From Thermoproteota archaeon (GTDB lineage: Archaea; Thermoproteota; Nitrososphaeria_A; Caldarchaeales; Calditenuaceae), in contig JAUQPU010000002.1 of NCBI GenBank assembly GCA_030550235.1, positions 231,164 through 295,163 on the forward strand: a stretch of DNA of 64,000 bases, given 5' to 3'. Below are positions 40,369 to 49,955 of this stretch, one piece after another. Below the pieces are notes generated by a model, which was not told the origin of the DNA, did not search any database, and saw nothing but the letters and a program-made list of their open reading frames with translations. Both the position numbers and the translations under genes were made by a program. Numbering within the stretch: the stretch's first letter is position 1; every line of letters starts with the position of its first letter.

Positions 40369-41382
40369 GTGAAGCCTAGACTTGGCATGAGGCTGCGGAT
40401 GGTGATTCCTAAAGGGTCGCTTGAGAAGGGGTCGATTGAGCTGCTTGAGAAGGCCTTCTACAAGGTGGAGGGGTACGAGAGGAGCTACAACCCACTAGTT
40501 AGTGATAGGGAGATAGACCTTAGGGTTCTGAGGCCTCAGGAAATCCCCGTGTATATTGCTGAGGGGTTGTTTGATGTAGGGATAACTGGGCGAGACTGGG
40601 TTGAGGAGACAGGTGCCGATGTGAAGATTCTAAGGAATTTAGAGTTTGGGAAGGTCAAGCTTGTCTTCGCCGCTCCAGTCTCCCACAATTACGAGAGTCT
40701 GAACCATTTCCTAGAGAAGAACCTCTCAAACGGCAGGCCCGTGAAGATTGCAACGGAGTATCTCAACATTACAATGAGTAGGGTCATGTCGGCTGAGGCA
40801 TATAGGGCTAGGTTCGGCTCCAAGAAGCCCATGATAATAACGCCGTGGTATAGATACGGTGAGAACCCCAGCGTCTCGATACTACTATCCTTTGGGGCGA
40901 CTGAGGCTAAGCCCCCTCTTGCAGCAGATGCCATAGTGGATAATACAGAAACTGGAAGGACGCTTGAGCAGAATAACCTAGCCATAGTGGAGGAGTTGAT
41001 GGAGAGCTCCGCCCACCTGGTTGCAAATAGGCAGGCCCTCGAGGATGAGTGGAAGCGTGAAAAGATATACGACATCCTAACGATGTTTACCGGAGTAATC
41101 GAGTCTGAGAAGAAGCTTCACATATTCTTGAACGTGAGGGAGGAGAACCTGGGGGAGCTCTTAGCCACGCTTCCAGCCCTCAAGTCCCCCACAATCAACA
41201 AGCTATCGATGGAGGGCTGGTATGCCGTGAACACCGTCATAGACAAGACAGAGCTCCACAGGATACTCCCCAAGCTAAGGAGGCTCGCCCAAGGCCTGGT
41301 TGCGCACAGGCCCGAGCTCATCCTTCCTCTAGAGGAGATTGGGCATGAGGGTGGAGAAAATCTCGGGGGAAAACGCGGCTGA
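40369..41382 (+). CDS. hisG: ATP phosphoribosyltransferase
   Basis: GRDW, ATEYLNIT and LSFGATEAKPPLAADAIVD motifs. Long-form HisG with C-terminal regulatory domain. The start is possibly at MRLRMVIP. Confidence 0.85.
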   Translation: MKPRLGMRLRMVIPKGSLEKGSIELLEKAFYKVEGYERSYNPLVSDREIDLRVLRPQEIPVYIAEGLFDVGITGRDWVEETGADVKILRNLEFGKVKLVFAAPVSHNYESLNHFLEKNLSNGRPVKIATEYLNITMSRVMSAEAYRARFGSKKPMIITPWYRYGENPSVSILLSFGATEAKPPLAADAIVDNTETGRTLEQNNLAIVEELMESSAHLVANRQALEDEWKREKIYDILTMFTGVIESEKKLHIFLNVREENLGELLATLPALKSPTINKLSMEGWYAVNTVIDKTELHRILPKLRRLAQGLVAHRPELILPLEEIGHEGGENLGGKRG

Positions 41383-42634
41383 GGTGGCCCGGCTTTTAAG
41401 AGCAAGGGGCAGCCAGACAGGCAAAATTAGCGAGGCTGTGATGGAGATAATCGAGTCTGTCAGGCGCGAGGGCGATCATGCTCTATTGAGGCTAGCTGAG
41501 GAGCTTGACGGTGTACACATGAGCCGCGACGAACTCATATCAACGAGGCAGGAGGCTAGGGAGGCCTTTGAGAACTCCCCCGAGAGGCTAGTCTCAGCTA
41601 TGAAGAGTCTGAGGAGGAGGTTGCTGAGGGTTGAGAAGAGGCTCTATAGGCGCCTATCACTGAAGATAGTTGATGGCGCCTGCAGTGTTGAGATTAGACC
41701 CGTGGCAATAGAGTCTATTGGATGCTACGCGCCTGGCGGCTCGGCATCCTACCCCTCGACGGTCCTCATGATGGGCGTTCCTGGGCTTGTCGCAGGGGTC
41801 GAGCGCCTTGTTCTAGCCACACCGCCGCGTAAAAGGGAGGAAGATAGACGGACTGTCCTAGCCGCCTCATATCTGGCCGGATATAGGGAGATACTTTGGG
41901 CCGGTGGCGCACAGGCTATAGCCGCCCTGGCCTATGGTACAGAATCTGTCCGGAGAGTGGAGAAGATAGTTGGGCCTGGGAATAGATACGTCCTGGAGGC
42001 TAAGCTGGCTGTTTCGCGGGATGTCGCTGTTGACTTTACAGCAGGGCCGACTGAGCTGCTCGTAGTCCTCGACCACTCGGCACCCGCCAGGCAGGTTGCT
42101 CTAGAGATGGCTGCACAGGCAGAGCATAGCCCAGACACATTAATAGGGGCCCTAGCCCTCGACCAGGAGTCTGAGGCCGCAATCCTCGAGAGCCTCTCAG
42201 ACCTCTTGAAGCATCTACCCGAGGACTCCCAAGCCCGGGTCTCGCTTCAAAGGAACGGGTTCGTATGCACAGCTGATAGCTGGGAGGCTGCCGTACGCTT
42301 CATAAACAACCTCGCACCAGAGCACCTTCTCCTATACGCCAAGTCAGAGAGAGGATCCATAAAGGATATACGCAGCGCAGGGGTCGTGAGCTATGGCCGA
42401 CACCCCTCAGGAGTCTTTCTAGACTATTACGCCGGCCCAAATCATGTTTTGCCGACTGATGGTGTGGCATCCATAAGAGGTGGGCTCTCGGTCCTAGACT
42501 ATGTGAAGCTGCTAACTACTGTTAGGCCGACGAGGGCTGGGCTGAGGCGCGCCTTGAGGGATATGCGTGAGCTGATAATGGCTGAGGGGCTTCCACTACA
42601 CCTTAGGGCCTTGGAGGAGGTTGTAGGCGGTTGA
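41339..42634 (+). CDS. hisD: histidinol dehydrogenase
   Basis: GPGNRYV and AGPTELLVV motifs; the Zn-binding His/Asp region matches HisD-like spacing. Confidence 0.85.
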   Translation: MGMRVEKISGENAAEVARLLRARGSQTGKISEAVMEIIESVRREGDHALLRLAEELDGVHMSRDELISTRQEAREAFENSPERLVSAMKSLRRRLLRVEKRLYRRLSLKIVDGACSVEIRPVAIESIGCYAPGGSASYPSTVLMMGVPGLVAGVERLVLATPPRKREEDRRTVLAASYLAGYREILWAGGAQAIAALAYGTESVRRVEKIVGPGNRYVLEAKLAVSRDVAVDFTAGPTELLVVLDHSAPARQVALEMAAQAEHSPDTLIGALALDQESEAAILESLSDLLKHLPEDSQARVSLQRNGFVCTADSWEAAVRFINNLAPEHLLLYAKSERGSIKDIRSAGVVSYGRHPSGVFLDYYAGPNHVLPTDGVASIRGGLSVLDYVKLLTTVRPTRAGLRRALRDMRELIMAEGLPLHLRALEEVVGG

Positions 42635-43803
42635 CACTCACCAAATATTATAAGATACAGGGGGAGGCGCCAGCATACATTCTCAGGGAGTCGGCAGACA
42701 TTCTCAGAAAACTAGACTCCATACTCTTCGACTGCGACGGAGTCCTAATAGACACTAGGGAGAGCTACGATAAGGCAATAATCAAAACCATTACAATAAT
42801 CTATGAGCGGATTCTAAACATAGAGCTTATCGCATCTACAGTGAGCAACAGCCACATCTACCTTCTCAGGTCAACTGGAGGATTCAACAACGACACAGAC
42901 ACAACATACGTTCTAGCCCTCTGGCTTTTTACGGGGTTGCCGAGGAGTAGGGCCGAGGTGGTTCAGGAGCTTGAATTTGTGGTTAATGGCACTGGAAACC
43001 CCCGTAAGCTCCTAGACGATGTCTCTCAGATCGTCGCAGCCAGAACAGGATACCTCAGGCACGAGATTCAACCAAATCCCCCGCCCCTCGAGCAGGTGGT
43101 ATCAGAGTCCATAAGACGTACTGGACGGCAAATCCTATCAGTCGAGGACCTAGAGCAGACCATAGGGGAGTTTGCAGAGCGTAGAGGCCTTCTGCCCCTC
43201 TTCGAGAAATTCAAGCAGGTAATCGGGAGGCCTGGGAGGTATGGCGAGGGCATAGTGGAGACCCTCTTCTGCGACCTCTACTACGGCCCAGAGAATGTGA
43301 GGAGGATCTTCGGCAGGGAGAGCCACTTCGACCTAGGGCCGGGGATGTATCTGAATGAGAGGATAAATGTGAAGGAGTCTACATTAGCACGGCTTGCTGA
43401 GAAAATTGGAGTGGAGAGGATGAGCATAGTCAGCGGCAGGGATAAGATATCTACAGAGATTGTGCTGGGAGGCTTGATGAGATACTTTAACAGGAATGCC
43501 TGCGTCTTCCTCGCCGACGAGTACCGGGTGGTTGGTGAGATGGTTAAGAAACCTAGCCCGTATGGGATTCTTAAGGCTATTACGCGGATGGATGGCGCCT
43601 CTACGCCCATCTATCTTGGTAACTCTGCTGAGGACCTGTTCATGTCGCGGAGCGTTGACAAGTATGGCTACAGGACACTATTCGGCGCCGTGATAGGTCT
43701 CGCCCCTAACCCAACAGAGTCTATCGAGTTCTTCGCATCACTTGGCTCGGACGCTATACTCGTAAGCCCAGACGACCTCGTCAAGCTTTGGAGGATGATT
43801 TGA
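42631..43803 (+). CDS. HAD-superfamily hydrolase with large cap insertion; candidate histidinol-phosphate phosphatase
   Basis: HAD motif I LFDCDGVLIDT at the N-terminus and a motif IV-like GNSAEDL near the C-terminus. Embedded between hisD and hisB with overlapping stops and starts. Confidence 0.55.
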   Translation: MTLTKYYKIQGEAPAYILRESADILRKLDSILFDCDGVLIDTRESYDKAIIKTITIIYERILNIELIASTVSNSHIYLLRSTGGFNNDTDTTYVLALWLFTGLPRSRAEVVQELEFVVNGTGNPRKLLDDVSQIVAARTGYLRHEIQPNPPPLEQVVSESIRRTGRQILSVEDLEQTIGEFAERRGLLPLFEKFKQVIGRPGRYGEGIVETLFCDLYYGPENVRRIFGRESHFDLGPGMYLNERINVKESTLARLAEKIGVERMSIVSGRDKISTEIVLGGLMRYFNRNACVFLADEYRVVGEMVKKPSPYGILKAITRMDGASTPIYLGNSAEDLFMSRSVDKYGYRTLFGAVIGLAPNPTESIEFFASLGSDAILVSPDDLVKLWRMI

Positions 43804-44384
43804 TGGAGAGGCGTGGGAGCTCAGTCACACGGAAGACTGGAGAGACGAAGATAACAGTCAGCCTAACTCTAGACGGTGAGGGTGCTTTTAGAGGCTCAAC
43901 AGGCATAAAGTTCTTCGACCACATTCTCTCCCTTCTTGCATATCACAGCTTCATGGACCTGTCTATCGAGGCTGAGTGGGATCTCAAGCACCATGGCGTG
44001 GAAGATGTTGGTATAGTATTAGGCCAGGCCATGGGAGAGGCTCTGGGAGAGCGTGAAGGAATAGCTAGGTTCGGATACGCCCTCATCCCGATGGACGAGG
44101 CCCTAGCCGAGGCTTCGGTAGACCTGGTGAGGAGGCCACACATCAAGGTGGACCTCAGCCTATCAAACCCATCCATAGAAGACATGGCTGCGGAAGACAT
44201 AGTCCACTTCCTACAGTCGCTCGCCAACTCAATCCCAGCCGTAATCCACGTCAACGTGAGGTATGGCCTAAATGACCACCACCGCGTCGAGGCGGCAGTC
44301 AAGGCCCTCGCGGTAGCCTTTAGAAACGCCTGGCAGAGAGAGCCGAGGAGGAGGGGGCCGCCAAGCAGCAAGGGCATGGTGTAG
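43788..44384 (+). CDS. hisB: imidazoleglycerol-phosphate dehydratase
   Basis: RKTGETKI...LDGEG N-terminus and HH/EA metal motifs typical of IGPD. Confidence 0.85.
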   Translation: MEDDLMERRGSSVTRKTGETKITVSLTLDGEGAFRGSTGIKFFDHILSLLAYHSFMDLSIEAEWDLKHHGVEDVGIVLGQAMGEALGEREGIARFGYALIPMDEALAEASVDLVRRPHIKVDLSLSNPSIEDMAAEDIVHFLQSLANSIPAVIHVNVRYGLNDHHRVEAAVKALAVAFRNAWQREPRRRGPPSSKGMV

Positions 44385-44388
44385 ATGG

Positions 44389-44982
44389 ATGAAGGTTGGG
44401 ATACTGAACCTCGGCCTCAGCAACCTCTTCAGCATAACCTCCGCGGTCAAGAAACTAGGAGCAGAAGTTATCCTACTCGAGCAGCCTACCACCGAGATAG
44501 ACGCCCTAGTCTTCCCAGGGGTCGGAAACTTCATGGAGGGAGCGCGCAGGACCCAGGGGATCATGGGGGAGTTGCTGGACTATATCAGCTCCGGGGCCCC
44601 CTACCTCGGTGTATGTCTTGGGATGCAGTTGCTATTTGAGTCGAGTGAGGAGGGCCCTGGGGATGGGCTGGGCTTCTTCAGGGGAGAAGTTAGGCGTCTT
44701 AGGGCGGCTAAGGTCCCCCATATGGGCTGGAACAAGATAACACCAGTCAGGCCCTCGCCACTGATTGAGGATGTCCAGCCCGGTGAGTATGCCTACTTCA
44801 TGCACTCCTACGCACCTAGGCCAGTAGAGGAGCGAATAGTAATCGCCATAACCAGCTATGGAGAGGACTTTCCCTCGATTGTAGGTGGTGGAGCCGTCTT
44901 CGGGACGCAGTTCCACCCTGAAAAATCTGGGAGGACGGGTGAAAAGATACTTAAAAACTATCTCCAAGCCGCTAAGCGTTGA
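44389..44982 (+). CDS. hisH: imidazole glycerol phosphate synthase glutaminase subunit
   Basis: Class I GATase triad: GVCLGMQLL and the HPE C-terminal motif (QFHPEKS). Confidence 0.85.
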   Translation: MKVGILNLGLSNLFSITSAVKKLGAEVILLEQPTTEIDALVFPGVGNFMEGARRTQGIMGELLDYISSGAPYLGVCLGMQLLFESSEEGPGDGLGFFRGEVRRLRAAKVPHMGWNKITPVRPSPLIEDVQPGEYAYFMHSYAPRPVEERIVIAITSYGEDFPSIVGGGAVFGTQFHPEKSGRTGEKILKNYLQAAKR

Positions 44983-45041
44983 TGTGTTAGGCGAAGATTT
45001 AAGAGAGACAGAGATGATATATAACTGAGAGTAATAGCAAT

Positions 45042-46121
45042 ATGGAGATTCCGGGGAAGGCTGCAGAGCTATGGGTGGCCGAGGCTGGGAGGATTAAGTG
45101 CACAGCATGCGCCCGCTACTGCCGCCTATCCGACAACCAGGTAGGCCTATGCGGGGTGAGAGGGGTCCACGACGGAAAGCTATACCTCCACGTCTACGGC
45201 AGAATAATAGCGAGCCATGTCGACCCAATAGAGAAGAAGCCAGTCACACACTTCATGCCCGGAACTAGAATATTCAGCATAGCGACGACAGGCTGCAACT
45301 GGCTCTGCCAGTACTGCCAGAACTTCGATATAAGCCAGAGGAGGAAGGTGGAGGGGATTGAGGTGACGCCGCGCCAAGTTGTCGAACACGCCATAAGATA
45401 TGGCTCACACGGAATCGCATACACTTACAACGAGCCTACAATCTTCATGGAGTTTGCAAGGGATATAGGCCTCGAGGCAAAGCGGAGCGGCCTCTTCAAT
45501 ATCTTCGTAACAAATGGTTACTGGACACCAGAGTCTGTAGCCATGGCTGGGACATTCCTCGACTCCGCGACAGTGGACTTCAAGGGTAATGGAGAGCGAG
45601 GGTTTGTGAGAAGATACATAGGGATACCGGACGTAGAGCCTATCTTTCAGACACTCCTCGAGATGAAGGAGAAGACGAGAATACATATCGAAATAACTGA
45701 CCTGGTCGTGCCCGAGATAGGGGACGATCTAAATGCGGCGAGAAAGCTTGTGAGATGGGTTCATGACAACCTAGGCCCAGACACACCCATTCATTTCCTC
45801 AGATTCCACCCGGACTACAAGCTCATGCACCTACCATGGACCCCCGTCGAAACCCTAGAAGCCCATTGGAAAATAGCGAAGGAGGAGGGGATGAACTACG
45901 CCTACATAGGTAATGTGCCCGGACATCCATACGAGCATACATACTGCCCAGGCTGCGGATATATAGTCGTGGAGCGGCTCGGCTTCGACATAATAGAATG
46001 GCGCCTAACACATGAGAACAAATGTCCAAGATGCGGCTACAAAATAGCGATAACTGGTAGGCCGCCGCAGCAAGGGCTCAAGAAAAGCAGATTCATACCA
46101 GTCCACTGGAATCTGACCTAA
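45042..46121 (+). CDS. AmmeMemoRadiSam-system radical SAM enzyme (PFL-activase-like)
   Basis: CNWLCQYCQN radical SAM cluster motif and TNGYW. C-terminal Cys pairs CPGCG...CPRCG. Confidence 0.7.
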   Translation: MEIPGKAAELWVAEAGRIKCTACARYCRLSDNQVGLCGVRGVHDGKLYLHVYGRIIASHVDPIEKKPVTHFMPGTRIFSIATTGCNWLCQYCQNFDISQRRKVEGIEVTPRQVVEHAIRYGSHGIAYTYNEPTIFMEFARDIGLEAKRSGLFNIFVTNGYWTPESVAMAGTFLDSATVDFKGNGERGFVRRYIGIPDVEPIFQTLLEMKEKTRIHIEITDLVVPEIGDDLNAARKLVRWVHDNLGPDTPIHFLRFHPDYKLMHLPWTPVETLEAHWKIAKEEGMNYAYIGNVPGHPYEHTYCPGCGYIVVERLGFDIIEWRLTHENKCPRCGYKIAITGRPPQQGLKKSRFIPVHWNLT

Positions 46122-46593
46122 ACTCCCAACACCAAAGTCTCTCTATAATACTAGTCTTAGCCTCCTAGAGACACTAGGTTTCAAAATACCTCAGACACTT
46201 CAGGGCCAGCGATGCGAGACAAGGCCTTGGACAAGCAGCCCGGGCTCACATCCCTCTCTACATCAAATCCTTCATAGAAAATACCGGCTACACTTCCCCG
46301 GAGCCAGCGGATAGCCCCACATCCATGACGGCATACGCAGCCCGCCTCGCCATAGATATCTACACAGCACAGCTAGCCGATGTTGAAGAATCTAAAAAGC
46401 TCGAGCGCCTCCTCCACCGCTTCGTCAAAACCCACCTCATACCAGCCTTAAAAACATGCAAACCCTCAAAACAAAGCCCTCTCAGGGGTGATTCAGGCGA
46501 TTGCGGAGCTTTTAGAGAGGGATTGTGAAAGCTTGTTGAGACTGCTAGTGGAAAAAGGTTTAACCCAATTACGTAGTGGGTGCATGTTTTTAA

Positions 46594-47613
46594 ATGTCTG
46601 GATACTTCTACTCGCATAGAATGCAACTTGTCGATAGCTTCGGCCGCGTGGCGCGGAAGCTTAGGCTCTCCGTCACAGATAGATGCAACTTCAAGTGCGA
46701 CTTCTGCATGCCACTAAAACCCACATGGATACCCAGCTCAGAGATTCTAACCTTTGACGAGATATCGAGGGTCGTAAAAATACTGGCATCGATGGGTGTC
46801 TCAAAGATACGGCTCACAGGAGGGGAGCCCCTTGTCAGGAGAGAGATTGAGAAATGCGTGAAGATTCTGAAAAAGGTGCCGGGCGTGGAGACCATATCGA
46901 TGACCACGAATGGCTATTTTCTTGATGAGAAGGCAGCAGCTCTCAAGGAGTCTGGACTAGACAGCGTCACAATAAGCCTACACAGCCTAAAACCTGAAAG
47001 GTATGAACAAATAGTCGGGAGAAAGGATGCTTTCAGCAAGGTTCTCAGCGGAATCAAGAGGGCTCAGGCCGTAGGCCTCAGTCCCGTCAAGTTAAACTGC
47101 GTAGTCATACGTGGCTGTAACGACGACGAGATACTTGATTTCGTAGAGCTGGGACGTGAGACTGGCCTAGTCGTAAGATTTATCGAATACATGCCCTTTG
47201 ATGGCAAGAATATGTGGAATCCCGATAGACTCGTCACTGGAGCAGAGATAATCTCAAAAATAGAGGAGAAATATAGAATCGAGAGGCTGCCCCGAGAGCA
47301 TGGAAGCACATCCCTCACCTATAGAATCAAAGATGGATCTGGTACGCTAATTAATATCATAACCACCATGTCACAGCCATTCTGCAGAGACTGCGACAGA
47401 ATAAGATTGTCGGCCGACGGCAAGATTGTACCATGTCTGTTCAGCCGCGACGACTACGATGTTAAGAAACTTCTACGGAACAATGCATCAGACGAGGAGA
47501 TAGCTGATTTTATCAGAAGCGCCTTCATGAAGAAGTTCGCGGGCGTGGAGACGCTGCTGAAAAACGGGGAAGTTGAGCCATTGATTAGACCCATGCACAC
47601 CATAGGCGGCTAG
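46594..47613 (+). CDS. moaA: GTP 3',8-cyclase (molybdenum cofactor biosynthesis protein A)
   Basis: LSVTDRCNFKCDFCMP radical SAM motif, GGEPL, and a C-terminal second cluster CRDCDRIRLSADGKIVPC. Confidence 0.85.
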   Translation: MSGYFYSHRMQLVDSFGRVARKLRLSVTDRCNFKCDFCMPLKPTWIPSSEILTFDEISRVVKILASMGVSKIRLTGGEPLVRREIEKCVKILKKVPGVETISMTTNGYFLDEKAAALKESGLDSVTISLHSLKPERYEQIVGRKDAFSKVLSGIKRAQAVGLSPVKLNCVVIRGCNDDEILDFVELGRETGLVVRFIEYMPFDGKNMWNPDRLVTGAEIISKIEEKYRIERLPREHGSTSLTYRIKDGSGTLINIITTMSQPFCRDCDRIRLSADGKIVPCLFSRDDYDVKKLLRNNASDEEIADFIRSAFMKKFAGVETLLKNGEVEPLIRPMHTIGG

Positions 47614-47839
47614 TCTCATAACTCAAGTCTCCTCAGCTCTGTTGCAATTATTATGCCGCGTCTCATCAAATATTACAGCAATGCTCGTGAAGTTATCTGG
47701 CACAGCAACATACAGTATGTCACGCGACACTTGATACGCTACAGGCATGCCAGGTAATTTTTGCATAAATTTTTTAATAAGTATGGGATTTTCCATGACA
47801 ATGGTCTGTCGCATATCTACGTTATGGAAGTATCGTGAC

Positions 47840-48844
47840 ATGAGGACATTAATTATAGAGAACTCACGCATACGGTTAGTTATACTATTAGATAAAGGGG
47901 CCGACATAATAGAACTGAGATATAAGCCATTGGATCTGGATCTCATGTGGCATTCACCAACCGGTTGGAGAAACCCGGTAATGGAGACCTCGCCTAACCC
48001 AAATAATATGGGAGGGTTCCTTGATTACTATGGAGGAGGATGGCAGGATATTGTGCCTTCCGCCGGTGGAGCAAGTGTAACACACAGGGGCGCAGCTCTT
48101 GGGATACATGGAGAATCTTCCATGCTTCCATGGAGCTGTGAAATTTTAGAGGACGGTGTGGAAGAAGTTTCCGCCCACCTATGGGTTGAAGGTGTCAGAT
48201 ACCCCTTTAGACTTGATAAGTGGATAGAGGTAAGACGGGATGAAGAGAAGCTCTACGTGAGGGAGAGACTCTCAAACCCTAGTAATCAGGCGCTTGAATA
48301 TTCGTGGCTTCAGCATCCCTCATTTGGGGAGCCATTCCTAGAGCCCAAATGTAAAATACGGATACCTACACCCGCAGAGGTTATAGTTTTGGAGGGGGAG
48401 CACCTCGGCAGACTCCAGCCAGGAACATATGAGTGGCCTACAGTCGCCGGAAAGGATGGCAAACCCATCGATTTGAGCATAATACCTTCCAGAGAGATTG
48501 TGGCTGAGGAGACTTCCTTCATAGCGAATATGAGAGAGGGATGGTACATACTTTCGAACCCCAAGCTAGACCTGGGGTTTGGACTCGCATGGGACATAGG
48601 TGTGTATAGGTACCTATGGTTCTGGCAGAACTACAATGCGCCTGATTATCCTTGGTATGGCACCGCATGGAATATCGCACTTGAACCTTGCACAAGCTAT
48701 CCCGGAGGCCTCCCAGCCCAGATACAGAGAAAAACGCACATAACCATCCCTCCAAAAGGGCACCTTGAGACCTCACTAACAGCATTCGTACTAAGCAACC
48801 CAGAGAAGATAGGCAAACTAGACGTCAGAGGCGAAAGCGAGTAG
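47840..48844 (+). CDS. galactose-mutarotase-fold (aldose-1-epimerase-like / DUF4432-like) protein; the ORF track starts it at 47747, but ATG at 47840 (MRTLIIEN) is more plausible
   Basis: LDLMWHSPTGW...GGGWQDIVPSAGG...HGESS...W pattern of mutarotase-like beta-sandwich enzymes. Followed by sugar oxidoreductases. Confidence 0.5.
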   Translation: MRTLIIENSRIRLVILLDKGADIIELRYKPLDLDLMWHSPTGWRNPVMETSPNPNNMGGFLDYYGGGWQDIVPSAGGASVTHRGAALGIHGESSMLPWSCEILEDGVEEVSAHLWVEGVRYPFRLDKWIEVRRDEEKLYVRERLSNPSNQALEYSWLQHPSFGEPFLEPKCKIRIPTPAEVIVLEGEHLGRLQPGTYEWPTVAGKDGKPIDLSIIPSREIVAEETSFIANMREGWYILSNPKLDLGFGLAWDIGVYRYLWFWQNYNAPDYPWYGTAWNIALEPCTSYPGGLPAQIQRKTHITIPPKGHLETSLTAFVLSNPEKIGKLDVRGESE

Positions 48845-48923
48845 CTTACATCAGTGTTCAACCCCGTATTTTAACAATATTGTGAGAACAAATATTATAT
48901 ACCGGTTTCCCAGATAGCCAGTT

Positions 48924-49955
48924 GTGGCGGCTAAAATTACTGTTGCAATATTGGGATACGGATTCATGGGCTCTACACACGCTGATGCTTGGCGCTTGAT
49001 TGATGGATGCGTTGTTAAAGGTGTTTGGGCGAGGGACAATTCAAAGACATCAAAGTTCGCATCAGAACGCGGAATCAAGGCTTATTCCTCATTTAGCGAT
49101 GTCTTGGACGACAAAGAAGTTGACGTAGTTGACATATGCACGCCAACATACACTCATGCCGAGTACGCCATACAGGCGTTGAAGTCTGGTAAGCACGTAA
49201 TAGTTGAGAAGCCCATGGCACTGAGCCTAGCAGATGCAGATAAAATGATTCATGCTGCGGATGAAAGCGGAATGAAGTTGATGGTGGCCCACGTTCTAAG
49301 GTTTTTCCCAGAATATATGAAGGTGAAGGAATTGGTAGACGAGGGTAAGCTCGGCGAGATATGCCAGGCTAGGGCTTTTAGAGGAGGCGCTTTTCCTGAA
49401 TGGAGCCCGTGGTTTGGTGAGGTTGAGAAGAGTGGGGGCGTGGCCGTTGATACTGCAATACACGATGTGGACTACATAACTTGGATTAGCTCAGGCATCC
49501 CCCAACGAGTATACGCAAAGATTAGGCGCGGAGCTAAAGAAGCCTCAGCTAAATATGAAATCGCCTTCATAAACGTGAGATATAAGAATGGAATGATAGC
49601 CTTCATTGAGGCAAGCTGGGCGCATCCACCCTCATTCCCCTTCACGATGAAGCTAGAGCTGGACGGCACCGAAGGAACGGTAACATTGGACAACCAGTCC
49701 CCAGTCCCTATCTCGCTATTCTCGCGAACTATAAGGCAAGGATATGCACCAGAGTCTCTACCTTGGAAGCCTATGGTGCATCCATTCCCGCTTGACCCAT
49801 TCTACCGCGAGCTATCACATTTTGTAGACTGCGTTAGAAACGACAAGACACCAATGACAGACGGGAGAGCGTCGCGGAGAAGCTTGGAGGTGTGCCTCGC
49901 GAGCGTGAAATCTGCAGAGACAGGTAGGCCAGTTGAGCTACCATTCGTGGGGTGA
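48924..49955 (+). CDS. Gfo/Idh/MocA-family NAD(P)-dependent oxidoreductase (paralog 1)
   Basis: N-terminal Rossmann ILGYGFMGSTHA and the EKP motif (VIVEKPMA). Confidence 0.8.
   Translation: MAAKITVAILGYGFMGSTHADAWRLIDGCVVKGVWARDNSKTSKFASERGIKAYSSFSDVLDDKEVDVVDICTPTYTHAEYAIQALKSGKHVIVEKPMALSLADADKMIHAADESGMKLMVAHVLRFFPEYMKVKELVDEGKLGEICQARAFRGGAFPEWSPWFGEVEKSGGVAVDTAIHDVDYITWISSGIPQRVYAKIRRGAKEASAKYEIAFINVRYKNGMIAFIEASWAHPPSFPFTMKLELDGTEGTVTLDNQSPVPISLFSRTIRQGYAPESLPWKPMVHPFPLDPFYRELSHFVDCVRNDKTPMTDGRASRRSLEVCLASVKSAETGRPVELPFVG

Noticed and set aside
47623-47946. 107-aa minus-strand ORF overlapping the start of the mutarotase-like gene
   Set aside because: It lies in AT-rich promoter DNA and has no recognisable motif. 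It conflicts with the more plausible ATG at 47840 for the + strand gene, so it is probably spurious.
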